A stretch of DNA of 64,000 bases. Source: Octopus sinensis (lineage: Eukaryota). Below, piece after piece: positions 1 through 10,914 of this stretch. The stretch's first letter is position 1. Each line of letters opens with the position of its first letter. The notes beneath the pieces were generated by a model. That model made no database searches and had not been told where the DNA came from. It saw only the letters and a list, made by a program, of their open reading frames with translations. Both the position numbers and the translations under genes were made by a program. The stretch is taken from contig NC_043001.1 in NCBI RefSeq assembly GCF_006345805.1, forward strand, positions 70,680,001-70,744,000, read 5' to 3'.

Positions 1-78
1 GAGAAGAAGATAGGAAAATAATTGCACGAGTTTGGTAACTTTTTCTTTATACCCTGCTTTAACTAAGGCAGAATTATA

Positions 79-520
79 AATTCTGCCTTAGTTAAAGCAG
101 GGTATAAAGAAAAAGTTACATACATTGATTCTGCTCAATCTCATCCTTCATCTACTGTTCAAGACAAGAAATCTAGTTGTAATAAGAAGTATGATTTTAA
201 TTCTAATATTGTAAACAGCACAAAACATAATAAAATTCCTTTACGGGTTAAGGGGATCAAGCATTATTTAAGCCCATTTTTTTAAGTCTAGAGGAATTTC
301 ACCGTTCTTTAAAGATAGTACCACTTATAATTTGATTGTTACTAGGAAAACTGTCTAGTTTGTTATTCCGTAAGAAAAACAAATTAAATCTAATCTTCCT
401 TTGTAGTTCCATGAAGTGGTTGGTAAGAACTTTCCAAAAAATTCTAGATATTACGGAGATGTACTTGCATAGCAAGTGATTTGGTCTGAGATCGTGTGCT
501 GAAACGAAAACAATAGCAGC
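79..520 (+). mobile_element. Decayed Penelope-like element fragment (thumb/linker region)
   Basis: Manual translation from 79 gives NSALVKAGYKEKVTYI, like the PLE YNxALxxxGYxExLxY motif. Further on, FHEVVGKNFPKNSRYY resembles FLxLIDKHFPxxHxY. Stops and frameshifts are present. Confidence 0.45.
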
Positions 521-689
521 GTGGAAGGTGTTTCTAAGCCATTTAAGAAACACACAAAAGCCTACACATTAACCCGTTGTTTCTACCTTTGAAAAGGTCG
601 CTATATCCTTGTTACTTGCGTGAATTTTGCTACCCTGGAAACTATTTATTGAATTTTCCATGTTAACGGTAAACAAAGGATAATACATT

Positions 690-715
690 CATCCATTTAT
701 ATATATATATATATG

Positions 716-778
<63 letters not shown>

Positions 779-939
779 TATACACATATATATACACATA
801 CGTATATGTATGTATACATACAAACACACACATATATATGTGTGTGCCTGTGTGTGTGTGCATGCATGTGGCATGTGTATATATATGCATGTATATATAT
901 ATATATATAATATATATATATATATACATATACACACAC

Positions 940-1002
<63 letters not shown>
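690..1002. repeat. Compound (TA)n / (CA)n / (TG)n microsatellite
   Basis: Read directly from the sequence; it generates the YIYIYI ORFs. Confidence 0.97.
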
Positions 1003-1005
<3 letters not shown>

Positions 1006-1485
1006 ATACACTGATAGAAATGCTGTTATTCACATGTTGCCAGCGATTGAATATTGCTCGAGAATGGTCGGTCATATAGTACAATATACTCTGTGCATAT
1101 ATTTGTATTTTTAAAATTTAAAGCGATTAACATCTACAATATAGATGAAATTGTTAAAGTATGATTAATATCATTACAAGTAACTTCATCACCTTCCGTA
1201 GCGACACATTTCTCGTATTTCTTGTTCTATTTCAACTGATGAAAAAGAATGTAAATTTCAGAATATATTTCTTGAATACCTCTAATTCTATTATGTTATG
1301 CCATTTTATATCTTGAAATTTTAATTTCCGATAGTTTGAAAAATGACCTAGTCCTATGAAAGAGTGAAAACTAATATGCTCGATGACATGAGAGGTAAGA
1401 GTTGTTTCCGATGTTATTTGCACTAAACTTTGTTCTCTTTAAAATCGATCTGACAATATTTAAAACGAAAACAACGACAAAGCTA

Positions 1486-2082
1486 TTAGGTTGTCAAGAA
1501 CGTTCTTGCGGTTTTTAACCTTTAAATTCAGATGCACATATCTCGGCTCAAACAAAACTTTATTAATCGAAATGAACACCATCAGAATCAACACACTTTT
1601 GCTAACGCGAAAGAAGTTTATTTATGCCAGTAGCGTAAAAATTCTGCGTTCCAGCGGCGATGAAGTCGTAGAATGGGTGTTTGGCATCGTCTATTTTTAA
1701 GCATTACTCACGCAGGAATTGTCGGGATGCTTGAAAAAGTGGTAGTCAGTAGGGGAGAGGTTTGGTGCGTAAGAGGGATGAGGCAGAGTTTCCTAGCCCA
1801 ATTTGTTCAGCTTCTGCAGCGTCAGTTGTGCGGCGTGCAGTCGAGTGTTGTCGTGGAGAAGAATTGGTCATTTTCTATTGACCAATACTGGCTGTTGTTG
1901 TCGGAGTTTCTTGTGCATTTCCTTGATTTGCTGACAGTACTTCTCCACCGTAATGGTTTCGCCTGAATCCAAAAAGCAGTGATGGCTGAGACAGGCCGCA
2001 GACCATCCAACAGTCACCATGACATTCTTTTGGTGCAACTTTTTGGTGCAACTTGCGTGGAGCTTTGTCGGCGTCAACCACA
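1486..2082 (-). mobile_element. mariner transposon, 3' half, decayed transposase plus one TIR
   Basis: Minus strand: KLHQKNVMVTVGWSAACLSHHCFLDSGETITVEKYCQQI...LHDNTRLH...LPHPSYAPNLSPTDYHFFKH, matching mariner HDNA and YSPDLAP motifs. TIR TTAGGTTGTCAAGAACGTTCTTGCGGTTTT starts at 1486 after TA (1484-1485). Confidence 0.92.
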
Positions 2083-2571
2083 AATAGCTTCAGGGTTGAT
2101 GTATTAAAGATAGAGTAATATTTATGTTGTCAAGGGAGGTTAGTATATTAAAGAAGGATTTAGTTAAGTTTTTTTTTAACATTAAGAGAGAAGGGAGTGT
2201 ATACCATAGGATAGAGCATCCGCCACTTTTATTAGGGTGTTTAGGGGTAGTGCTATCTATATTTTTGGAGAATGGAGGTGTGTAGCACGGCCCATTTTGT
2301 TAGCTGTTTCAGCTTTTGGCCTAGTATTATATTTGTGCGTGTGGGGTGTAGGTTGTCTTAATGCGAGATCCTCCTGGTTCTATCAAAGTGTATATGTGAT
2401 CTGTTGTGATTCTGATGGTTGGTGTATCGTTGCGATGTGATATATGTTGTTTGAGCGTGGTATTAGGGATGTATTTTATTTGTTGGGAGAAGCAGCTGGC
2501 AGAGAGCGCTTGGTTGTAATATGGTGCGTGGTTATTGAAAATTTCCTCAGTGGAAGAGAGGTCAGATATAC
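2083..2571 (-). mobile_element. Penelope-like element internal fragment
   Basis: ISDLSSTEEIFNNHAPYYNQALSASCFSQQIKY. It is a close reverse-complement match to about 11435-11850 of the + strand PLE in this window. Confidence 0.88.
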
Positions 2572-3533
2572 CTCGTGCCATTCAATAACAACTTTAGCTG
2601 TGTGAATTGGGGCTTTATCATCCCGAAAGATTGCATTTACCCCCGAAAACAGTTCCACAATCATAGGATGAATTTGATGAGATAAAATGCTTAAATAGTC
2701 TTGACTATTAATTCCGCCATGAAGGGAAACCATAGGGCCGGCGGATTTCCAAGATATAGCCCCACCCCAGATCATCACAGGTACTCCTCCATGTTTAGCA
2801 GTTAGAAGAAGGCAATCAGGGTCAAATGCTTTTTTTGGCTGTCTCCACACGTATACCCGACCGGTGGTCGGGTGTAAGGTAAAGGATCACACGCCAGACA
2901 AAATAACATTCTTCCACTGCTCTAGGGACCAATTCTGTATGTTTTACTCTACTCTAAACGCTTTTCAACGCTTGTTTTCGAAAGTAGTGCTTTTCTGATA
3001 GCAGTCCTCGCGTGAAATCTGGGATTGTGCAGCTCCCGTCGAACAGGTTTTGTGGAAACTAGCTTCTCGAGGTAGTCATTAAACTCTGCAGTAATTTTGG
3101 GAGGTGTACATTTGTGATCCTTTCTAACAATTCACTAAAAATCCAAGGTCCCTATCTGAAATTTTTGGCATTCTTCCGAAGTTTTGTTTCAACGAGAAGG
3201 TTTTTCCCTCTTTCTCAAATGCTGTCATTACTTTCGAAATAGTACTTCTTCATACACCAAACATTTCGGTTGTTTTTGTCGCGCTAGCGCCTGCCATACA
3301 AGCACCAACAATTTGACCTCTTTGTAAGTCCGATAGCTCTGTCATTTTCATGAATTTTAATTACCTTTCCCTGACGATATCTGAAAAGAAGCAGCAATTT
3401 TAACAAAGCATATTAAGCAACACTAATAATAAATCAAAAAACATAAAAATAAACAAGCTTTTGACGCTTTTATAGATATTTCAAAATTATGATGCTATGG
3501 TGCTAGGTACTTCCATTATTTTTCTAACCCGTG
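2572..3533 (-). mobile_element. Tc1-family transposon, 5' part, decayed transposase plus one TIR
   Basis: ATG at 3345: MTELSDLQRGQIVGACMAGASATKT... then PTTGRVYVWRQPKKAFDPDCL..KHGG..VMIWG..ISW...FRDDKAPIHTAK, containing the first two DDE regions. TIR CACGGGTTAGAAAAATAATGGAA ends at 3533, next to TA. Confidence 0.92.
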
Positions 3534-3714
3534 TATGTGTATATGCGTATATATGTGTATATATGTGCGCACGTTTGTGTATATATACATGCATGCATGT
3601 ATATATTCATACATAAACCGAGGTACTACTGTATTAAATGAATATGAGAAAGACGGGATATAACGTACGATTTATCTGTGATTAGAGTTGTTCCAAAAAC
3701 CGAGTTTCTACTGC

Positions 3715-3781
<67 letters not shown>

Positions 3782-3848
3782 GTATATATATATATGACAA
3801 GCAATAAATAATGGTCATTACATATTTATACACACACATACACACACA
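3715..3848. repeat. (TA)n and (CA)n microsatellites
   Basis: Read directly from the sequence. Confidence 0.95.
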
Positions 3849-3959
3849 GTTTGTGCCTATTTCCTTTGCTCTCCTCTTGTTTGTAGAAGTGACTGATATT
3901 TTATATTTCTAAATATTTGTAGGTGTCAGAAATGTCAATTTGAAACGACTGTTTACATG

Positions 3960-4142
3960 TCACTCGTATACTTCGTGATAAATATTTGTTGCAAGAAATC
4001 TATGAAGCACATTCCTGAAGAAGAAATTGATTAAAATATATTTCTGTAGATGTTAATGTCTGGGTGAAGTGTACAGGATCTTACCATCCGTGGCCCTTTT
4101 TCAAAATCATTGAACTAGGTTTGAAAAATGCGGGCAAGTTAT
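3960..4142 (-). other. Candidate pair of spliced exons (4142-4085 and 4014-3960), product unknown
   Basis: Acceptor tttatcttttgcag, a 58-nt exon, donor ATG|gtaaga, a 70-nt intron, then acceptor tttcttcttcag. The spliced frame reads xNLPAFFKPSSMILKKGHGWNVLHRFLATNIYHEVYE-stop. No recognised homology. Confidence 0.2.
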
Positions 4143-6076
4143 CTGCAAAAGATAAATTTTGTCAGAAGGGCTACAAGTTACATTCTTTTCACGGTATCGA
4201 ACGTCTGTCAGTTTCAACTTTGATTTCCTTACTCCTTCGTTTGTCTGATTCCGCTGTCTCCTACGGCTTTGTTCTGTCATATCACTTATTGACCATGTAG
4301 AGTTTTTTTTTCTTTCTGGCAAGTATCTTAGTATGTCAATCTTTCTTACCCATTTTTAGGTTAGGTTTTAATTTTGTAACCCATCTTATCAACATTTTCC
4401 TTCTTCAGTACTCCAGACATGTGTGGTTTTTAATAAAAGAAACAAAAAACATAGGCAGAGGTTTTACTGTCTCCTATTTTATGTTCATTATTACCATTAG
4501 GGAATTTTTGTCATCTCAGTGTATGTAAGTTATGATACATTTCTTACTTCAGAAGACCCACCCACTTCACCTAATGTCTTGCAATCTTAGTAACTGTAAT
4601 CCTTTGTTATGGAATTGCAGTTGATATATTTTGAATGCAATTACCTTGTTTCCTTGTTTATTCCAGCTTCCAGACGAAATTATTACAAATATAAGTTGTT
4701 TCTAAATCATATTCATGGTGAATACTTGATCTACTATTCCCGTGTCTCGAGGGAAATTTCAGTTATAGTAAAGATGATGATTTATATGAATGGAATATTG
4801 TAGCATATAATTAGAAAGTTTTAAGTGGAAGACCTTCTTGGCTGTATTCAGCAGCAAGATAATCTTTCAACCGATAGTTAACGGGATTCCAGTCGTACCA
4901 GACAGTACACGTTTGTTTTCTCTCTCATAGTACGTTTTAGTCTCTTCGAATTGCACAGCATCACTTACCAGGAAGTTACAATTAGTTTTATTGTTGCATC
5001 AGTTGCATCCACTGAGCACGAATATTATTTCTGTCATTGGATTTAAGATGTATAATATGTTATATAAACTAACATTTTACATACTCTTATCTCTTAAATT
5101 TTAAATAAAATTTCATTTCCATTGTCTATCTTTAATCCTAATCCATCGCATCATATTGACTCTAACAATTCTGATTTCCTACAACCTTTTCATGTTATTG
5201 CTATTATATATCTAAGTTCACAAATGTTAACTCTTTTCTATTATCATACATATTTGCATTAACTAAATGAATTCATTTCCTTCGATAACAACATATTTTC
5301 CTCTAATTATCATTAATTTTTTTTCTTTTTTGCACAATAGGTTCTCAGTCACATTCATTTATAACTAACATAAGGAATTATTTATTATCTTAGTTTCTAC
5401 CATTAGTACCTTATTACATCTACTAATTTAATCAGCCAACCGGCGTAATAGGCTGAACTGGTTACAACACCCAAGATACCTACCCTCGTGGTATTCAGGC
5501 AGGTTACAATGCAGACAGTAGTACAGAAGACGGTTATACACGTGTTATGATCCGGATGAAGTCAGGCTCCCTTAGAGTGTAAGTAATTAAAGGCCGAAAA
5601 TCTTGCATGATAGTCCTTCTCTGACGGCCTTTTCATGTTCAGCTCTCTACACAGTTTCTTACAAAATTTCTTGTACAAATCAATGTTCAAACTTACTTCA
5701 TTCGTTATTTAATTATATTTTCCCTACAGTGAAACAATTCAAGCCTACTCTTCAAGATTTTTACTACAAATCATATCAAACTTACTGACTAAGCAAAGAA
5801 AATGTATATTTTCCACTCAGTAAATTCAGTATTTTTTAATAAGTTTTAATTGATTTTAAAATTAAGTTTATTCTGTAATGTTATAAAACTACTTCATTTT
5901 AATTTTCATTTTTCATTAAAATAGAAATTTTTAAAATTAAGGTAATTTTACAATTTTACGATATTTTCTAATCAATATTTAAAAATTTAGCCAAATAGAA
6001 TAAACAGCTTAAAACATTTCTTAATAATACAATATCTAATTCCTTATTTTTCAAAATTATAAATAAAGGAAAATTA

Positions 6077-6366
6077 GGCGCAGGAGTGGCTGTGTGGTAA
6101 GTAGCTTGCTAACCAACCACATGGTTGATCTTGGGCAAGTGTCTTCTGCTATAGCCCCGGGCCGACCAATGCCTTGTGAGTGGATTTGGTAGTCGTAAAC
6201 TGTGTTTACGTCCCTGTCACTTAGCGGTTCGACAAAAGAGACTGATAGAATAAGTACTGGGCTTACAAAGAATAAGTTCCGGGGTCGATTTGCTCGACTA
6301 AAGGCGGTGCTCCAGCTTGGCCGCAGTCAAGTGACTGAAATAAGTAAAAGAGTAAAAGAGAGTAAG
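6077..6366 (+). mobile_element. tRNA-derived SINE family A (octopus OR-type, tentative), internally deleted
   Basis: Head GGCGCAGGAGTGGCTGTGTGGTAAG, body CTTGGGCAAGTGTCTTCT, tail TGACTGAAATAAGTAAAAGAG; it matches the other copies in this window. Confidence 0.9.
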
Positions 6367-6399
6367 TCATTATTTTCAAACATTTACCAAGCTAATGCG

Positions 6400-6575
6400 G
6401 CGCCCTAGGACAATCGTTAGCACTGAGAAATATGCTCAGTGACATTTACGTCCGTTGTTACCTTCTAAGTTCAAATTCTGCTGAGATCCATTTTGCTTTG
6501 CATCATCTTGGTGTCGATAAAATAAGTACCAGTTGAACACTGGGGTCAATTTAATCGACTCTGGCCCATTCCCAA
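6400..6575 (+). mobile_element. tRNA-derived SINE family B, decayed
   Basis: AGTTCAAATTC B-box-like motif and GTCGATAAAATAAGTACCAGTTGAACACTGGGGTC body, shared with the 37932-38162 copy. Confidence 0.8.
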
Positions 6576-6813
6576 ACCCGTTGGTTTTGTGGCAAATTTT
6601 TTTCAAATCAATATTTAGCATAAACATTGATTCTAAAGGAAAATTATCGGATCTCTTCCTTCTGACCGACAGGTTTACAAAATAACTTTTTGTAACTAAG
6701 CACTTTCAAAATTCGTATACTTGTAGAATGTGTCATATAAAATATCTTTCACCAAATATTTCGCGAAACCTAAATTGTTCCCATTCCTAAAAACTTATTT
6801 GCGACAATACTTC

Positions 6814-6857
<44 letters not shown>

Positions 6858-6860
<3 letters not shown>

Positions 6861-8600
6861 ATGAAACGGTAAGATAACAAAAGAAAGAAAGAGACCTCAA
6901 TATTATGTAAATAGAGGAAATTTATCTATACAATATGTTACATTACTCGGTAGTCAAGATAAAACTCTGAGTTTCAGATGCCGAAGTGGAAATCCACAAC
7001 ACCATCTCTTCGGTTATCTGGCTATTTGAAAACGTTATGAAAAAATACCGTTAAATAAAGGGAAATTACTCTGTTATAACTCTGCTTGCCTGCGTACTTA
7101 TACATCGCTCGCATTTTTCGTCATAAAAATTATGTAAAAATTATATAAAAATACATAAAAAATATATAAAAATATATAAAAATATATAAATTCTTCTTGG
7201 GACATAACATAGAAAGCATGTTCTATCTGTTTTCTTTAGGGGACCAAAAACGTAACAGAAATTTAGTCACATGTGGGCATGATCCGAAAAGCTCTGTCCT
7301 TGTATTTAGACTTTCCAGATAAGCCATCTCTCCATGTCGCATAGACCGCACCTTCTGCTGCCGTTAGTATAGGGCTTACATCTGGCCAAAATCTTCCATT
7401 GTATGTTATAATCGACACCTTTTTCTCTTAAAGACCAAATATGATTAGATAATTGTGTCGCTTTTCTTTTGTTCCAGTGCCTAAAGCTCAAAGTGTGGTT
7501 ATTGAACCTGGCCTTGAAATTACCCTCTGTAAGGCCCACGTATTTCTTCGTCGAAACGGTGTCTTTAGTGGTTATAGAGTTTACGGTAGCTTCATATATG
7601 ATGGTCTTGGACATGCAAGCTCCATTTAGCGGGCACAATTCTTTATTCCTGAATGAACAGCTGTTTTCTTCTTGTGTTTTTTGTATGTTATGTTTGATTA
7701 TGTTTTTAAAATTGGTAGTTGAACTAAAACTAATTTTTAAATTGTGTCTATTGAAGAGTTTCCTATAAGTATGGTTAACTGGAAAATGTCTATCTATCAG
7801 TGCTAGGAAATATTTACCTATATTGAAGGCCACCTCGGGTGAGTAAGGGGGCGTAAACCAGATGGCCTTCCTATTTCTATTATTCCTTTTCCTTACTGTT
7901 GGGCTACTGATAGGTGTATATTTTATGTTATCGCTAAAACCACTATCTTTTAAAGCCTTATTATAAACTGGGGCAACGCTATTGAAGATGTCCTCATCAG
8001 ATGAGAGGCTAGAAATCCTCTTACTAATATTTTAAACTAAATTTTTGAATACTATAGGGGGATGGCATGAACCTACATTAATATAACTTAGTCTATCATT
8101 GGGATTCCTGTAAGGCTTATAAATATTCTTATTAAGATCTAAGGAAACGTCTAAGAAATTGACAACCGTCAGGGTAGTATCATTAGTTATACTAAGTCCG
8201 AAGTGTTTCATTAACTGGATAATATCCTTCCTAAAACGATCTTGTGCTGGTCCATTTGTATTAGCTGTTAAGACGAGGGCATCATCTTTGTAGATGGAGA
8301 AATGTACGTTAGGGAATGTCTTACCTAAGGTATCTAGGAGATACCTGCAGATGCCTGCCCCATGATATGAACCCATGATCACATCGAAAGCGCCCTCTGT
8401 GTCGGTGTTTTTTACCCACTTTGTGTTCTCACTGAAAAGTAATGTCTTTCTAGCATGGAAGATTATGTCCTTATCATTGGTACTAATTTCTATGAAGTCA
8501 CTAGCGAAGATGAGGGTTTTATCTAGCAGTTCTTTAGAGACAGAGGCATATATATACATATAAATCAATAAATGGTGGGGTTGTGTTGACCACACGTGGA
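6858..8600 (-). mobile_element. Penelope-like element, 5'-truncated: RT C-half, GIY-YIG endonuclease and 3' pLTR
   Basis: ORF 8032-8595: FDVIMGSYHGA, FSIYKDDAL, VNFLDVSLDL, YINVGSCHPP. ORF 7306-7833: NIGKYFLALIDRHFP, IIYEATV...KYVGLTEGNFKARFNNH...CGLC. IWFTPPYSP lies at about 7840-7865. Confidence 0.95.
6957..7019 (-). ncRNA. Minimal type I hammerhead ribozyme-like motif in PLE 3' end
   Basis: Minus strand: AGATAA-CCGAAGA-GATG...CATC-T-GAAA-CTCAGAG-TT-TTATCT. Stem I is 6 bp; stem II is GATG/CATC with an inner GTGG/CCAC; stem III is near-palindromic ACTCAGAGT. Deviations: U4C and one extra nucleotide before GAAA. Confidence 0.6.
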
Positions 8601-8706
8601 GAAATGATAGGCAAAGAAAAATTATAAAAAGGCAGAATGCTAAATTGAAGGTAAATTTTAATGGAAATGTGTGTATAGAAAATTAAAAAAAATTTTTTTA
8701 ATATTA

Positions 8707-8746
8707 ACTCTAACCGGTTTTCGTATCAATGGGACTTCTCAAGAAT
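8707..8746 (-). other. Degenerate hammerhead-like remnant (pLTR end of another PLE)
   Basis: Minus strand TTCTTGAGAAGTCCCATTGATACGAAAACCGGTTAGAG has GAAA followed by the palindrome AACCGGTT. The 5' core and stem II are decayed. Confidence 0.3.
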
Positions 8747-8799
8747 TTTTTTTATAAATGAGGAGGGGCAAAAAGAAAATGACATTGTTTATATATATA

Positions 8800-8817
8800 A
8801 ATATGTATGTATGTATG

Positions 8818-8905
<88 letters not shown>

Positions 8906-8910
8906 GTATA
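8800..8910. repeat. (ATGT)n/(TA)n microsatellite
   Basis: Read directly from the sequence. Confidence 0.95.
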
Positions 8911-8914
8911 TAAG

Positions 8915-10260
8915 AGAATTGGAAAAGATTCCTGGACGACTGTTTTAAACTCTGGAATGAAAACACAGATAAACTCTTAAAATTCAAAACCTACTGAACA
9001 GCATCAACCCAAATATACAGTTCACTATGGAGTACAACTAAAAGGAGCTTCCATACTTAGATATACTGATTTAAAAAATTAGCCTAAAAATAGAAACAGA
9101 TATATTTTACAAAATAACAGACGCCAAACAATACCTACTTTTTGATTCATGCCACCCAAGACACACTAAAACAAACATCCTTTCAACCTTGCAAGAAGGA
9201 TATGCACAATAGTGTCAGAACAAAATACCAGGAACTTTAGACTACAAGAACTCAAAACACCCTAATTGACAGACACTACCCAGTTCAACTCATAGAGGAT
9301 GGGATCAGACGTGCAACAGAAATCGACATAGAAACTTTGAGAAAAGTTCAACACAACAAGACACCTTCCCCGAAAATACTGCCTTACATATCCACATACA
9401 ACCCCAGAAACAAAGAAGCTTTCACCATCATCACCCAGAATTTACCAATACTTCATAAGGACCCCAAATTAAAGGAAATTCTAAACATACATAAAATCAT
9501 AAAAAAGCTACAAACAACTTAAATCACTTAAAAAGATTCTCACAAAGGCAAAATTATTTTCTGAAATTACGGATGCAAAAGTAAAAAAAATGTGGTAGAC
9601 CAAACTGTGCAACATGCCCAAACCTTCTAGAAGGATCAGAATTCCTTTTCAAAGAGGAACAAAAATTCAAGATCAGATCTAATTTTACTTGTGCTTCTGA
9701 AAATATAATTTATGTCATAAGATGCTCGGGCTGCCACGAAAACTACGTAGGGTCCACAGAACTATCACTCAGACGCAGATGCACTCTGCATTGACAACAG
9801 ATTGCATTCCCAGAATACAGAATGTTACCCTTTAGTGAGCATATTGAGAAATACGCAATGCAACTACAAACACAATTTTTAATCTTTCCATTCTATCAAT
9901 GTGCTATTGAAACACCAACACAAATTAGACTAAACAAGGAAACATTCTTCATTGAAAAATATAAGCCTGAACTTACCCATTCTAACATTCTTATACAGAG
10001 AAGCTCATCTCATTAAAAAAAAGCGATTATCTCCCTTATACCGGAAGAAATCCCTTATTACCTCCACTACCTGGAACTCTTCTTTGCACTTAATAACGAA
10101 GACATGACACGATGTAGGTAAAGAAATTTAAGAAATTTCAAAAGTTTACACGAAACCGGTTATTTCTCCAAAAACTATGTTACTATACACAAAATTTTCT
10201 AACATAATGACTTAAATATATTCTTTAACCTTATAAAACAAGCCTTCTGTAGTTTTTTCA
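8915..10260 (+). mobile_element. Penelope-like element (CxxxxCxxC-linker type), 5'-truncated, frameshifted
   Basis: NWKRFLDDCF, NSINPNIQFTMEY, PYLDILI, YLLFDSCHPRHTK, LPYISTYNPRN, KCGRPNCATC, NIIYVIRCSGCHENYVGST (GIY-YIG), KETFFIEKYKPEL. Same family as 41170-42008. Confidence 0.95.
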
Positions 10261-10277
10261 CTCTTTATTTTTTTTTA

Positions 10278-10309
10278 TATATTTATATATTTATATATAT
10301 ATATATATA

Positions 10310-10381
<72 letters not shown>
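10278..10381. repeat. (TA)n microsatellite
   Basis: Read directly from the sequence. Confidence 0.95.
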
Positions 10382-10384
<3 letters not shown>

Positions 10385-10865
10385 CTAACTCTAAAATCGG
10401 GTCCGATATGGTAATAACCGGATTTTTTAGAAATTTCTATCAGCTTCTTTCGAAATACGTGCTGTTGCTGATAAATTACATGGTTATTGACGTTGCCTAT
10501 TTTCGGCATATTTTGGCATTTGAACATTTTTTACCAATAGTTTTACAAAGCCCTAAAATGGAAAGCATACTAAACAAATATTGCATAAAAAAACAGTAGA
10601 CGACAAGACAACAACCCAAAGAAACATCTAACAAAAGCGAAATTCTCATCAGAAACTAAAACTGAATTCTTTGTAAAAGGGTGCGGAGATGGTAGATGTG
10701 GGATCTGCAGTAACCCCACCTACAAAATATATGATATATGATATGCTATATGATGTATAAAAACATATAATATACAAATATATATCTGTAAATATAAAAC
10801 CATCAGAATTTCTGAGTCTCATTTATTCAAATATAGAATACCTGTACAATATCTCCAAACTTTCT

Positions 10866-10897
<32 letters not shown>

Positions 10898-10914
10898 CGT
10901 ATATATACTGCCAT

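Noticed and set aside
4659-4700. LPDEII F-box-like peptide
   Set aside because: An in-frame TAA follows after 12 codons; the match is too short.
9780-9800. In-frame TGA in the PLE GIY-YIG as possible selenocysteine (known in some PLEs)
   Set aside because: The sister copy has CGA (Arg) at this position, so it is CpG decay.
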